Part shown: in pieces, positions 52,039 through 61,032 of the stretch | How positions within the stretch are numbered: the stretch's first letter is position 1 | How the letters are laid out: every line of letters begins with the position of its first letter | From: Oligoflexia bacterium | GTDB lineage: Bacteria; Bdellovibrionota; UBA1018 | Length of the DNA: 61,032 bases | Reading direction: 5' to 3' | Assembly (NCBI GenBank): GCA_903898645.1 | Contig: CAIUGE010000102.1 | Coordinates: 1-61,032 of the forward strand | The notes under the pieces: model-generated | What the model saw: the letters and a program-made list of their open reading frames with translations, nothing else | Database searches by the model: none | Told to the model about the DNA's origin: nothing | Program-made: the position numbers and the translations under genes

Positions 52039-54315
52039 CTAAAATACTACGGAGGAGCGAGGTCGTATGACGCTACGTACACGTGTCCGCTCTTGACGAC
52101 TATACGCAGAGGACTTGATACGACAGGATGCTTTCACGCGAAGACGACGCCCTCGATCTAGTAATTGAAAATTTGATTCCCGGCGAACTCTTTCAAAAAA
52201 GGCTCGATTCACAGGACTCTGACGCTCAACAAAAACATCAAGAAGTGCAGCAGCAGCATTCACTCTCCCTGTATCTAGGTGTTTTTTTGTCAGATGTTCA
52301 AGAGAATCAACAAAATGCTCAGATAAGAAATAATGACCAATTAATGTCGAATCCATCACAAATTTCATGAGCTCTTTATAATCATATATCGACGCATCAT
52401 TCAGTAAGCCGATCACCTGCTCATCACTACGAAAACATGCAATATAAGCTCTTTGAAACCATTCAGGAATAAGCCCCTCACCAAGACGATTATTCATATA
52501 ACGATTCAGTTCAAAGAGATCGTCGTTATCAAGCATAAGCAACAACCGTTCAACATAAGGTGCAAAAACATCCATCTGTAAATCTATAATCTCTTTAACA
52601 TACTCAACCTTCCTCACAGAAAGCGCTACGACACCTAAAGAAAGTCCTAAAAAAAGTCTTTGCGTAAGCACCCGATCAATGGGCTTTTCAGATACCGGGA
52701 GACCGTGCCTACTAGCACTTAAAATAACAGGTAATTCAGGAAACATTTGAAGTAACAAAACCCGATGATCATGCGCATCGAGTTTCTCCATAAGAAGTGG
52801 TGCCAGCATCTGCTGTCGCCAGCTCTCACCGCGTCCCATACGTTGCTGTGAAATATGAATGTGGTTATGCGAAAATTGGATAAAAAAACTTGCATCACCA
52901 CGTCGAATCTCAACTTCTCGCATAGTCCTCGAATTCACCTGATCCTGATCCATAGCTCCGTGCGTACTCCATGGCGCCCAAGTGAGTCCTGGTCCTAAAA
53001 GATACACGATCAAATCCCATTGCTCCTGGACCGAACGATCATCATACGTATGATCCGTGTCAAGCAATGCCAAAACCATATGTAAAAAAGACTTCATGTC
53101 TGCCTCTAACTCAAATCCATCCTTGACATAAACTCCCTTCAATTTATGAAAAGAAATCACATCTTGAGCCCAGACATTTCGAGCACTTCCGTCCAACAAA
53201 TCGATAGGATTCGCGTATTTTTTAAAATACGCCTTTAGCGCTGGGTGAGTATGAACATCATTATGACGTTCTAATCGATCTACATCGAACTGCATTTTTT
53301 CAGAATCATACAGCAGTATACTAAAAAAATTACGCAAAACTGTCTCACTACAATCAGCAAAGGTTACCTTCCTCCCCCTGACATTAACAGTGCTCATCTG
53401 AAAAGGCAGGAGCGCCGGAAAAGGATTCAAGTACGTATCATAGTAAGAAATAATAGAAAATGCTCGGCCGACTCCACTCATAAAAGAAGATGCATTTTTT
53501 CCCATCAAAGGTTCCGCATGTCGATACAGAACATCAGGTGGCACGCTCCCATAAGAACTATCATCGCCCTGCACAAAACGCAAACCCTCTTCAGAGAGAT
53601 GCTGCGACAAGGGCTTTAAAAATGCGCGAATATCATTTAAAGTTGAATATTTTGCAGAAAAGTACGCCATAACAAGATGAGGCAAAAACCAATCACCAAC
53701 AAGATCATAAAACTCACCCTCCGCTGCCACAATATCATTCAAAAAAGGCCTCAGATGCGCGGCAGAAAAAAGAACATCATTCTTCATCACCGCGACTGGA
53801 GTTTTAAGCTCATAAAGTCGCCTCAGAAGCTCGGGATAAAGCCTCAGATCACGTTCACGCTTTTGTTGGCATACATGCGTACAAGAGGCCTGTCTGGCAA
53901 CAAGCGCATCGAGTCTTTTCTGAATCTTCCTTTTCTCGTCAAAACGGACATCACTTGCAACGAGCGCATCATACAGAAGATCCTGCATAGCAGAACCATT
54001 TTTTTTCTCCACCAAAAGACGCACCATGTGCCCGAGTACTTCGGCTGACAAATGACTAATCGGATCCATTACATTCTGATTCACCGCAAGATGGGTACCA
54101 TTTTTTGATGGAAAAAATCGCTCAATCACACGCGCAGTTGATGTATGTTCAGGCAATAAAAACCGCAAATTCTCAAGCACTTGCGATCGACACAGAAGAG
54201 CCCCATACACAGGAGAAAGATGCTGCGCCTCTGGCTTAAATAACTGATCAACAGTACCGTACAATGGCCATGGCACAAGCGCATACGCCAGATGACTACA
54301 AATAATGACCCACAT
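52039..54315 (-). CDS. Large hypothetical protein (ORFan, 758 aa)
   Basis: This is a long uninterrupted ORF whose start lies 1 nt after the stop of the upstream transporter. No family was recognised. The motif FADCSETVLRNFF (Cys322) is noted. Confidence 0.55.
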   Translation of the reverse strand: MWVIICSHLAYALVPWPLYGTVDQLFKPEAQHLSPVYGALLCRSQVLENLRFLLPEHTSTARVIERFFPSKNGTHLAVNQNVMDPISHLSAEVLGHMVRLLVEKKNGSAMQDLLYDALVASDVRFDEKRKIQKRLDALVARQASCTHVCQQKRERDLRLYPELLRRLYELKTPVAVMKNDVLFSAAHLRPFLNDIVAAEGEFYDLVGDWFLPHLVMAYFSAKYSTLNDIRAFLKPLSQHLSEEGLRFVQGDDSSYGSVPPDVLYRHAEPLMGKNASSFMSGVGRAFSIISYYDTYLNPFPALLPFQMSTVNVRGRKVTFADCSETVLRNFFSILLYDSEKMQFDVDRLERHNDVHTHPALKAYFKKYANPIDLLDGSARNVWAQDVISFHKLKGVYVKDGFELEADMKSFLHMVLALLDTDHTYDDRSVQEQWDLIVYLLGPGLTWAPWSTHGAMDQDQVNSRTMREVEIRRGDASFFIQFSHNHIHISQQRMGRGESWRQQMLAPLLMEKLDAHDHRVLLLQMFPELPVILSASRHGLPVSEKPIDRVLTQRLFLGLSLGVVALSVRKVEYVKEIIDLQMDVFAPYVERLLLMLDNDDLFELNRYMNNRLGEGLIPEWFQRAYIACFRSDEQVIGLLNDASIYDYKELMKFVMDSTLIGHYFLSEHFVDSLEHLTKKHLDTGRVNAAAALLDVFVERQSPVNRAFFERVRRESNFQLLDRGRRLRVKASCRIKSSAYSRQERTRVRSVIRPRSSVVF

Positions 54316-54316
54316 A

Positions 54317-55393
54317 CTATTGAAGAAGTGATCCGAATGCAGCTAACCGAGGATTAGCATCAAGCACAATTCGCAAAATACCTAAAAGTGGCACACTCAG
54401 AAACATGCCCCACCCACCCCATATTCTCTCACCTAAGAAAATACCAAGAAAAATAACCAACAAATTCAACTTCAAATGCTTCCCAAGAAGTTTTGGCCCA
54501 ACAATATGAGCTTCAAGCAACGACACACTCGCAAGCGCTAGAAAAAGAAGAAAAAAAGTTCCTGACGCAAGCCCTGCAGAACCTGCAAAAATACCCACAG
54601 GCACCATGCTGATAAAAAATCCAACTGCAGGCACGAGCGTAAGAAGCCCACAGAGGATACCTCCAAAAAGTGCATAGGGCACACCAAAAGTCTGCAACAA
54701 AGCCCAATCAATAGTGCCGACGACAAGCATAATGCCCATACGCACAAGTAAAAACCGCTCAATAAGATCAACAATGGATGTCACAAATTGATCGGGATCA
54801 ATTGTTACCCGGGTATGATCACGCAGAATCCAAACACTCGAAAGTCGCAAACGCACTCTTGTCATCAGCATGACAATGGCAAAAATAAAGATAATCGTCA
54901 TCTCTCCGCCAAAACTCAGGCAGGCACGGACACTACCTGCCAAAAACGCAAGAGATGTCCCCATCTCGGAAGCTAAGCGCTCACCCAAAGAATCAAGCTG
55001 CAGAGCGTCGCGTAACCCATAATGCGATGATCCAATAAGTATCTGCTGCCATCTCTGCTGGAGCGACACTGTGAGCTCAGGTAACGCACGGAAGAGAAGC
55101 TCTGTTTGAAGAAAAAGCTCGTAACTCATCAAAATAAGCGGAGCAATAAAAAAGAGAACAACAAGCACAAGGGATGTGGCCTCAGGTAAGCCGCAGCGCA
55201 TAAAAAATCTCATCCCAGGATTCATCAAAAATGCCAAAAGAGCAGCAAGCAAGATAGGGACGAGCGCCTCCTTGGCACTTGCGATACCGAAAAGAGCAAT
55301 ACTCAGCCATCCTACCCACGTAAAAAACGAAAAAGATCTACTATCTTGGTCCATAACAATCATTATCTTCTGTGCTAAAAAGTCCGAAAACAC
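54317..55393 (-). CDS. AI-2E-family (PerM/YhhT, UPF0118) transporter
   Basis: 358-aa ORF with multiple TM helices. The C-terminal block is LLEAHIVGPKLLGKHLKLNLLVIFLGIFLGERIWGGWGMFLSVPLLGIL. The GTG at 55393 may be too far upstream, and ATG 55363 or 55354 are plausible starts. Confidence 0.7.
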   Translation of the reverse strand: MFSDFLAQKIMIVMDQDSRSFSFFTWVGWLSIALFGIASAKEALVPILLAALLAFLMNPGMRFFMRCGLPEATSLVLVVLFFIAPLILMSYELFLQTELLFRALPELTVSLQQRWQQILIGSSHYGLRDALQLDSLGERLASEMGTSLAFLAGSVRACLSFGGEMTIIFIFAIVMLMTRVRLRLSSVWILRDHTRVTIDPDQFVTSIVDLIERFLLVRMGIMLVVGTIDWALLQTFGVPYALFGGILCGLLTLVPAVGFFISMVPVGIFAGSAGLASGTFFLLFLALASVSLLEAHIVGPKLLGKHLKLNLLVIFLGIFLGERIWGGWGMFLSVPLLGILRIVLDANPRLAAFGSLLQ

Positions 55394-55396
55394 AAG

Positions 55397-57223
55397 GTGA
55401 ATCGCATTTTTCTCACTATCTGTATATTGACTGGCTGCGTAAACTCTTTCAATGCAGCCAGCATCTTGTCAACGACTAGCAGCACATCTACAGAAGGCAC
55501 GAGCAATGGAAACTCACAGTTTACCATCAGTAATGTCATCTTCGACACGATCAACCCAGGCACCGTACTTGACATTATTGGCGATGGATCTGGATCGATG
55601 CAAACCTACTGCCAGCCGACGACATCAGGGAGCTCCTCTTCTTCAAGCGCTATCTCATGTGCCTGCACGTTCACGTATAGCTCCACATCCAGTCCCAATA
55701 CGCAGATCGATATCCCTATTTCCTACCATGAAGTTAATATGATGCGGTGCCCATATATTTCGGTGCCATCAGATGTTTCTCAGCTCACAGTCTCAGTCCA
55801 TGTCACTTCAGCTGGCCTCTACAGCAACGGTGTCACACTGAGCCTTACAAGCACCTCGTCAAATGCGAGCGTCACAAACCCAAATGTCTTTGGCAAAGTC
55901 GTTCGCTACCAGTGTCGCGATATCGTGGTAATACCAAATATCCTTGATAACAACATTTACGACCCTCTCCAATCAGAAGATCCCCATATTGCTTACCCGC
56001 TTGATTTTTATGCCATGAATATAGGTGGCGCACTCTCAGCCTACGTGTCAGCACAAGGCAGTAACAGCAATCTCGCCTACTGGGATTGCCCCCCCATCCT
56101 AACACCAGGAACCACACTGAGCAGCGCATCCCAGGCAAGCTACGCAACTCAGTACAACCTCAATATGAATCTCTTCAGCGAATCATCAAGCTCCCCTGTG
56201 CTCTACCCAGTACCATCAGGCAGCGCTGATGCCACCATGTTCTATCTTGCAAAAACACGCCAAAGTGTTTTCACCGTGCCAGTCAACGCGTATGTGGCAC
56301 CAACAATTTTTTCTCAATCCAGCTTTCACCCAAATCCCGTTGGCTACGGAGCTGCAACCATTGCCACAGGCATTGGCACTGAAACATGTCCATCGATTAC
56401 TATCCCAACAGGGTATCAATGGGTAAAAGTTTGGCTCTTCCGCGCCAGCCTTAATGCTCGCACCTACTATACAGCAAATTCTCTCCATCAAATGGGTACG
56501 CTCACATGCAATCCAGGCGATTGGGCAACGAGTACCACGAACGTCTATGCACCCGTGTACCAAGGCTGCCATTCCTCCTACCAACACTCACTATTCAACA
56601 CAATTGGTGCCTATTCTTATGGCATGGCAGACATCACCCTCACACCAAACCCTGGCATCTACTTTGCTGATCGTGTCATGAGCACAGGTGTTTGTGTCCA
56701 TCTCCAGACACCTCTCACCCAAACGCCTTCAGCCGCCCCAACTCCACGCGCGACATGTGGCGCTTATGCTGGCCCCTCATGCACGTCATCTATCTACTCA
56801 GTGACCGGCGTTGACCAATGGACAGCTGTCAATATCTCTCTCACATCTGCAACCACCATTACCAACGGATGCCAAGCCAATCCCCTCATTGACCCATTTG
56901 GTCTCTGTGCCGCAAGTAGCGTAAGCGAAACCATGGCAAAAACCTCAACACAAAGCATCACCAGCAATAACCTCGATGCGAGCGCTTCGCGCTATGATTT
57001 TCTATTTATTGCCACACCAACAACGATTAACAGTAGCGATATGCAAAACAAGACAAATGCTGCCCTCCCTTACATACCCCAGCGTTACCTCACCGCAGCT
57101 GACTGCACATCAAACCCCACAACATGCGGCACAAACTATCTCATCAGCACGTATGGTCTTTCTCCCCAAGGCGTTAACAATACTGGATCTTTCCCTATTT
57201 GCGCACTGCAACCAATACCGTAA
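55397..57223 (+). CDS. Large Ser/Thr-rich, Cys-containing lipoprotein (paralog 1)
   Basis: 608-aa ORF with a GTG start and lipobox ILTGCVNS. Its blocks are shared with the next gene (FTISNVIF, SCACTFTY, RCPYISVPSDV...TVSVHVTS, RYQCRD). Confidence 0.55.
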   Translation: MNRIFLTICILTGCVNSFNAASILSTTSSTSTEGTSNGNSQFTISNVIFDTINPGTVLDIIGDGSGSMQTYCQPTTSGSSSSSSAISCACTFTYSSTSSPNTQIDIPISYHEVNMMRCPYISVPSDVSQLTVSVHVTSAGLYSNGVTLSLTSTSSNASVTNPNVFGKVVRYQCRDIVVIPNILDNNIYDPLQSEDPHIAYPLDFYAMNIGGALSAYVSAQGSNSNLAYWDCPPILTPGTTLSSASQASYATQYNLNMNLFSESSSSPVLYPVPSGSADATMFYLAKTRQSVFTVPVNAYVAPTIFSQSSFHPNPVGYGAATIATGIGTETCPSITIPTGYQWVKVWLFRASLNARTYYTANSLHQMGTLTCNPGDWATSTTNVYAPVYQGCHSSYQHSLFNTIGAYSYGMADITLTPNPGIYFADRVMSTGVCVHLQTPLTQTPSAAPTPRATCGAYAGPSCTSSIYSVTGVDQWTAVNISLTSATTITNGCQANPLIDPFGLCAASSVSETMAKTSTQSITSNNLDASASRYDFLFIATPTTINSSDMQNKTNAALPYIPQRYLTAADCTSNPTTCGTNYLISTYGLSPQGVNNTGSFPICALQPIP

Positions 57224-57265
57224 AACAATATTCACAAAAGATTAATAGTGGTATGCTTTTTGCGG

Positions 57266-59455
57266 ATGAAGGCGCTTTTTATTGCAATCACTATACTGGG
57301 CAGCGGATGCACGAGCAGCCTACTAACGACGACAATCTTACCAAGCAGCACGCCGGTACCAATAGCAGCAAATCCAGCAAATAGTCTCTATATTTCGAAC
57401 GTTATTGTAAGCGGAACAACAATAACATCAAGCAGCTCAACAAAAACCGCAAGCATCTACTTTAACACCTCGCAGTCAACTGCCCCTCTTTCTCATCATT
57501 GTAATACAGCAACTGACTCAACAGCAAAGCCATGCCTCTGCCAGTATACGTGGATAGACTCAAATAGCACCCAGAACGGTCAAACACCCCTCACACGCAC
57601 CGTCCAAACAACACCCACATCCATCCAACCTAACGCCGCAGTCTGCCCATTACCTGATGTCTACAGTACAGAGGTTGCGACAAATACCCAGATTGCCATC
57701 ACTCTACTCACAAGCGTTAGCAATCCCGACAATGGCCTTTTAAAGGTTAACACCTATAACTACGTCGTCGGATCACAAGGCACAACGGGTGCATTTGTGG
57801 ACGCAAGTGGTGATACCTTTGACAATATTTTGCACTATAGCTGCTACCAGCTCTTCCAACGTTCAGTCAGTATCGCGTCAAAAACGGCAATGGCCACCAA
57901 TCCTCAGACAGGAGCCACCATCACTGTCGCCCTAGGCTCACAGTTTTGTACCTCAAATAATGGCAACACACCCTCTGGATGCCCATCAAGTAGCAGCACA
58001 GATTTCTCATCACAAGCCTACTACTTTAATCTTTATATTCGCAACTCTGATCGAGGCAACATCAATCAGTATAACAGCAGCTTCATATGCCCGATAGTGA
58101 ATGAATCACTCCCTGGAAGCAATACAGGCCAGTACTGGCCGCTTGATCAAACATTTTCCCTCGCCCTCACCGCAACAAGCGTCTTTAATGTCGGCGTTGA
58201 AGCCAACTCCCAACTCTCCTCAGGATCCGATCCAGTATCACAAAGCCATGGATGTTTTTCTACAACAACGTCAAGCTCATCAAATACCAACTCCATTATC
58301 CTCTCCTGCTTGGGATTTGCCACGCAGGCTAATAGTGACGGTACGTGTCCAACAATCACTAATGGCAATCATCAACTTATCCCCACCTTCAGACTCAGGC
58401 GCTATATTACTGCCTACCCCCGACTCTTCAATGCCTCGGGCTCCCCCACAGGCGCGCAATCTATTGATACCATTTATGTGCTTGATCGACCTGTCTCAGC
58501 ACCATTAAATAGCGATCCCCTCAAGCCTTACACGATGCTCGGCCCAAAACCCTGCCCTTTTGCTTACTATGATCGCACCGCAGTCACCGGCTCCACCGGC
58601 TACAAAAGCTCAACAAGCGCACTCTGGGCGGGAAAAAATGTTGATGGACTCACCTTCCCTAATGTCGATGGCATCGATCTTTTTGGCAACCCATCTTGCT
58701 CTGCCACCATCCCTATTGTGAGCCCCGACCACACTGCCATGGGCGTCACAACTATTAATAAATATAATACTCACGGCTACAGCAGCCTTCCTATCCGCGC
58801 ATCTCAGCCCTTTTTGCCTCACTATGAGGAAGACATTAACTTTGTCGCCTGCGCTCCTCAGGCTCTCCCCCTTATCGATGCGCCCCTGCATTTTTCACGC
58901 GATACCATCAGTGCTGATGCACGCCAAGGCAATGTTGCATGGTGCGCCGAGTACTACCCTACGCAGAATCCCAACGTCCCAAGCATTGACCCAACGCCTA
59001 GTATCGGCACACCAAACATCGCTCCATTTACCTCCCATGTTTCAAAAAATACAGCTGCAGGACAGTGCTCAGCCTCAACACTCACAGTCACAGGAACAGG
59101 TTACTCGTATGCTGCCACTGGGATTGCCTACCACCCAAGTGCAACCACATGGGAAAACGGCATGAGCGCCGCGACTACCTGTGATCGTACCGTATCACTA
59201 TCGAATACTACCTGGACACGTTTTCCACTGCTTGCACGCTCTGCTGATATCGAAAGTGCCATACAAAATGACTACAGCTACCAGTGCGTGGTTACCTATG
59301 ACGGCAATAGCGGCAAAGCAATGTCAGTCACACCAAGCGACGGATGCTGCAATGCAAACGCAGTTTTTATTCCAACAGTATCCGCGACAAGTGTAGCTGT
59401 ACCAACGGCTGCGCATCTTGAGCCAGGAACGGCATGCGGCATACCAAATTATTAA
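57266..59455 (+). CDS. Large Ser/Thr-rich, Cys-containing lipoprotein (paralog 2)
   Basis: The ORF opens at 57248. The likely start is ATG 57266 (MKALFIAITILGSGCTSS). Shared blocks are YISNVIV, PCLCQYTW, VCPLPDVYSTEV...IAITLLTS and HYSCYQ. Confidence 0.55.
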   Translation: MKALFIAITILGSGCTSSLLTTTILPSSTPVPIAANPANSLYISNVIVSGTTITSSSSTKTASIYFNTSQSTAPLSHHCNTATDSTAKPCLCQYTWIDSNSTQNGQTPLTRTVQTTPTSIQPNAAVCPLPDVYSTEVATNTQIAITLLTSVSNPDNGLLKVNTYNYVVGSQGTTGAFVDASGDTFDNILHYSCYQLFQRSVSIASKTAMATNPQTGATITVALGSQFCTSNNGNTPSGCPSSSSTDFSSQAYYFNLYIRNSDRGNINQYNSSFICPIVNESLPGSNTGQYWPLDQTFSLALTATSVFNVGVEANSQLSSGSDPVSQSHGCFSTTTSSSSNTNSIILSCLGFATQANSDGTCPTITNGNHQLIPTFRLRRYITAYPRLFNASGSPTGAQSIDTIYVLDRPVSAPLNSDPLKPYTMLGPKPCPFAYYDRTAVTGSTGYKSSTSALWAGKNVDGLTFPNVDGIDLFGNPSCSATIPIVSPDHTAMGVTTINKYNTHGYSSLPIRASQPFLPHYEEDINFVACAPQALPLIDAPLHFSRDTISADARQGNVAWCAEYYPTQNPNVPSIDPTPSIGTPNIAPFTSHVSKNTAAGQCSASTLTVTGTGYSYAATGIAYHPSATTWENGMSAATTCDRTVSLSNTTWTRFPLLARSADIESAIQNDYSYQCVVTYDGNSGKAMSVTPSDGCCNANAVFIPTVSATSVAVPTAAHLEPGTACGIPNY

Positions 59456-60112
59456 TTGAAAAAATACACAAGATATGCCAAAGAGCAAAGAGTGCTTCCC
59501 ATTGTCTTTGAAAATAATGACCTCATTGCGTGTAACAAACCCCACGGTCTCCCATCAGGCGGATTACCAAAGAATCCCCATGCGCATTCAGCAAGCGAGT
59601 CTATGCGCCCCTACGTCTTCCACGAACCCGCATATGAACCAGGACTCCTCCATCGCTTAGATACAGCGACAAGCGGTATCCTCCTATTCGCTAAACACAA
59701 ACAGAGCTACGAAGCCTACCGTTCAAACTGGCACACCTGGGTACGCAAGATCTACTGCGCACGGATCCACACTATGCACACCCTCCCGCGCGAAATTACT
59801 TACCCCCTCGGCCACTCGCGAAAGAATCAAAAAAAAATGTGTGCTCTTGTGCATGAGAGAGATCAAAATCGCATGAGACACGCCAAGATCCAGGCTGCAC
59901 GCACCCTGATCATGCAACATGAGAACGATCTCGAAATAGAAATCACCACAGGCGTCCGCCATCAAATACGTTGCCACCTCGCTGCAGTCGACGCCCCCAT
60001 ACTTGGCGACACCCTCTATGGAGGAGCGCCCAGCAGCAGATTGCATCTGCATGCATGGAAACTTATACTCCTCCATGAAGGGCTCACAATTACAACCGAA
60101 ATACCTTTTTAA
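59456..60112 (+). CDS. RluA-family pseudouridine synthase
   Basis: 218-aa ORF (TTG at 59456, with GTG 59492 as an alternative). Motifs are LIACNKPHGLPS and the catalytic HRLDTATSGILLFAK. Confidence 0.8.
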   Translation: MKKYTRYAKEQRVLPIVFENNDLIACNKPHGLPSGGLPKNPHAHSASESMRPYVFHEPAYEPGLLHRLDTATSGILLFAKHKQSYEAYRSNWHTWVRKIYCARIHTMHTLPREITYPLGHSRKNQKKMCALVHERDQNRMRHAKIQAARTLIMQHENDLEIEITTGVRHQIRCHLAAVDAPILGDTLYGGAPSSRLHLHAWKLILLHEGLTITTEIPF

Positions 60113-60489
60113 CCATACCAACGGTGCTCGCCTTCACCAACACCATCGAGAACCGCCTCAATCGTACGAATACGAATCCGTGATGCTCGATCATTCGTTT
60201 CATCGTAAAGGTCATTAACAAGCGTTTTGAGCTTCTCTAATGCATACATTGCAGAACCACCATTTTCTACCTTAAATGCCTCAAAAGCGGCTTGAGCAAG
60301 CGCCTTGATCGCTTTCTCATTCTCACCATTGTCAAGCATAGTATTCAGATCAGCTTCATCAAATTGCTTAAAAACAAAACTATAAACGCTCACTCCAGCA
60401 GGAATGCTCGTTGAAACCGGTGCAGCAAACACATAAGGACTGCCAATAATGAGCCCGAAAGCAATAACATAAAAAATCTTTTTCATCAT
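60109..60489 (-). CDS. Small secreted protein (hypothetical)
   Basis: The long ORF 60109-60822 is trimmed to the ATGATG at 60489, which is preceded by the AAGGAG Shine-Dalgarno (+ strand ctcctt at 60495-60500). The signal peptide is MMKKIFYVIAFGLIIGSPYVFA. Confidence 0.55.
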   Translation of the reverse strand: MMKKIFYVIAFGLIIGSPYVFAAPVSTSIPAGVSVYSFVFKQFDEADLNTMLDNGENEKAIKALAQAAFEAFKVENGGSAMYALEKLKTLVNDLYDETNDRASRIRIRTIEAVLDGVGEGEHRWYG

Positions 60490-60538
60490 ACAAACTCCTT
60501 GTTTTTCGTGACAGTGTTTCTTCATGGGCGAAATCCTA

Positions 60539-61027
60539 TTATTCCCCATACTGCATGTCAACCATAAAAAGCAGGCCTTCTTTTTCGAAATCTCTGACCC
60601 GAATGAGGATATTTCGAGACATGGACTGTGCTCGCTTTCCTGAATCCGGGCATTCTTGTTCTGCCCGTCGAATAAGTTGACGATACTGCTCACGAAAGCG
60701 CTTAGCTGCAAGTGGCAACCTGCCTCCATTGGCATGTACGGCGCTGTTGATCGTCTCCAGTAACACAGCCATTTTCTTGGCCCATTTGTCCGTCTTACCC
60801 ATAGGCTCGCGCGTGGTCGCAACCGTATTTGAAATAAGCCTTCCAGTGGTCATGCACCAAAAGGCTTCGGATGCCGTTCGCAAGAAGGAATCCGCATTCC
60901 CCCGATCTTTTATGCAATTTGGTAGATTTTCATCGCTGTTGGGCCAAAGAGTCGAATTATCTTCCTCCTGAGGTCGCTTAGTCCCGTCATAGCGCAATGA
61001 ACCATTGCATGAATGTGTAGAACTACT
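60539..61027 (-). pseudogene. Truncated IS66-family transposase remnant
   Basis: The translation KWAKKMAVLLETINSAV...RFREQYRQLIRRAEQECP...GKRAQSMSRNILIRVRDFEKEGLLFMVDMQ follows the conserved C-terminal layout of IS66 TnpC-type transposases. It stops just before the expected VPF(T/D)NN..ER motif, and the upstream part is bounded by a stop at 61028-61030. Confidence 0.5.
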
Positions 61028-61032
61028 TCATG

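Overview
This is a 61-kb chromosomal window from a diderm (Gram-negative-type) bacterium. Lipoboxes and beta-barrel-like proteins are abundant. GC looks moderate by eye but was not computed. The lineage cannot be assigned from this sequence. About 58 genes are tightly packed, with three tRNAs, no rRNA and no CRISPR array.

Layout:
- 0.1-4.8 kb (minus strand): a chemosensory operon of a soluble multi-PAS MCP, CheR, CheD and a triple-CheW scaffold, ending next to tRNA-Leu(UAA).
- 5.3-11.5 kb: a CHASE2 adenylate/guanylate cyclase, a stand-alone receiver, a DUF3443-like lipoprotein with two tandem DUF2844-like genes, tRNA-Val(GAC) and a CsgG/LpoB-like lipoprotein.
- 11.8-18.3 kb: housekeeping genes (dnaE, a gamma-carbonic-anhydrase-like protein, miaB, a YciB-like membrane protein, a GcvH-like protein).
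- 18.4-26.0 kb (plus strand): a six-gene operon with no recognisable function. It encodes a gluzincin-like lipoprotein, a small barrel and four related low-complexity, Cys-containing envelope proteins, and is followed by tRNA-Ala(GGC).
- 26.2-41.5 kb: mostly ORFan secreted proteins and lipoproteins. These include a subtilase-fold pseudo-protease, a 1375-aa Kelch-repeat lipoprotein, a beta-helix-repeat protein and a degenerate histidine kinase.
- 41.7-46.0 kb: yebC and a complete GDP-D-glycero-alpha-D-manno-heptose module (hddA, hddC, transaldolase, gmhB, gmhA).
- 46.0-55.4 kb: two tandem paralogs with a Cys-to-Ser CheD-like domain, a glycine-rich protein, a QxxRW GT2 glycosyltransferase, three small paralogs, a 758-aa ORFan and an AI-2E-family transporter.
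- 55.4-59.5 kb: two large paralogous Ser/Thr-rich lipoproteins.
- 59.5-61.0 kb: an RluA-family pseudouridine synthase, a small secreted protein and a truncated IS66-family transposase remnant at the right edge.

The best candidates for undescribed biology are the 18.4-26.0 kb operon, the CheD-like paralogs attached to the heptose operon, the Kelch lipoprotein operon, and the 47.6-55.4 kb minus-strand cluster. All functional calls come from motif reading by eye. No database search was run.
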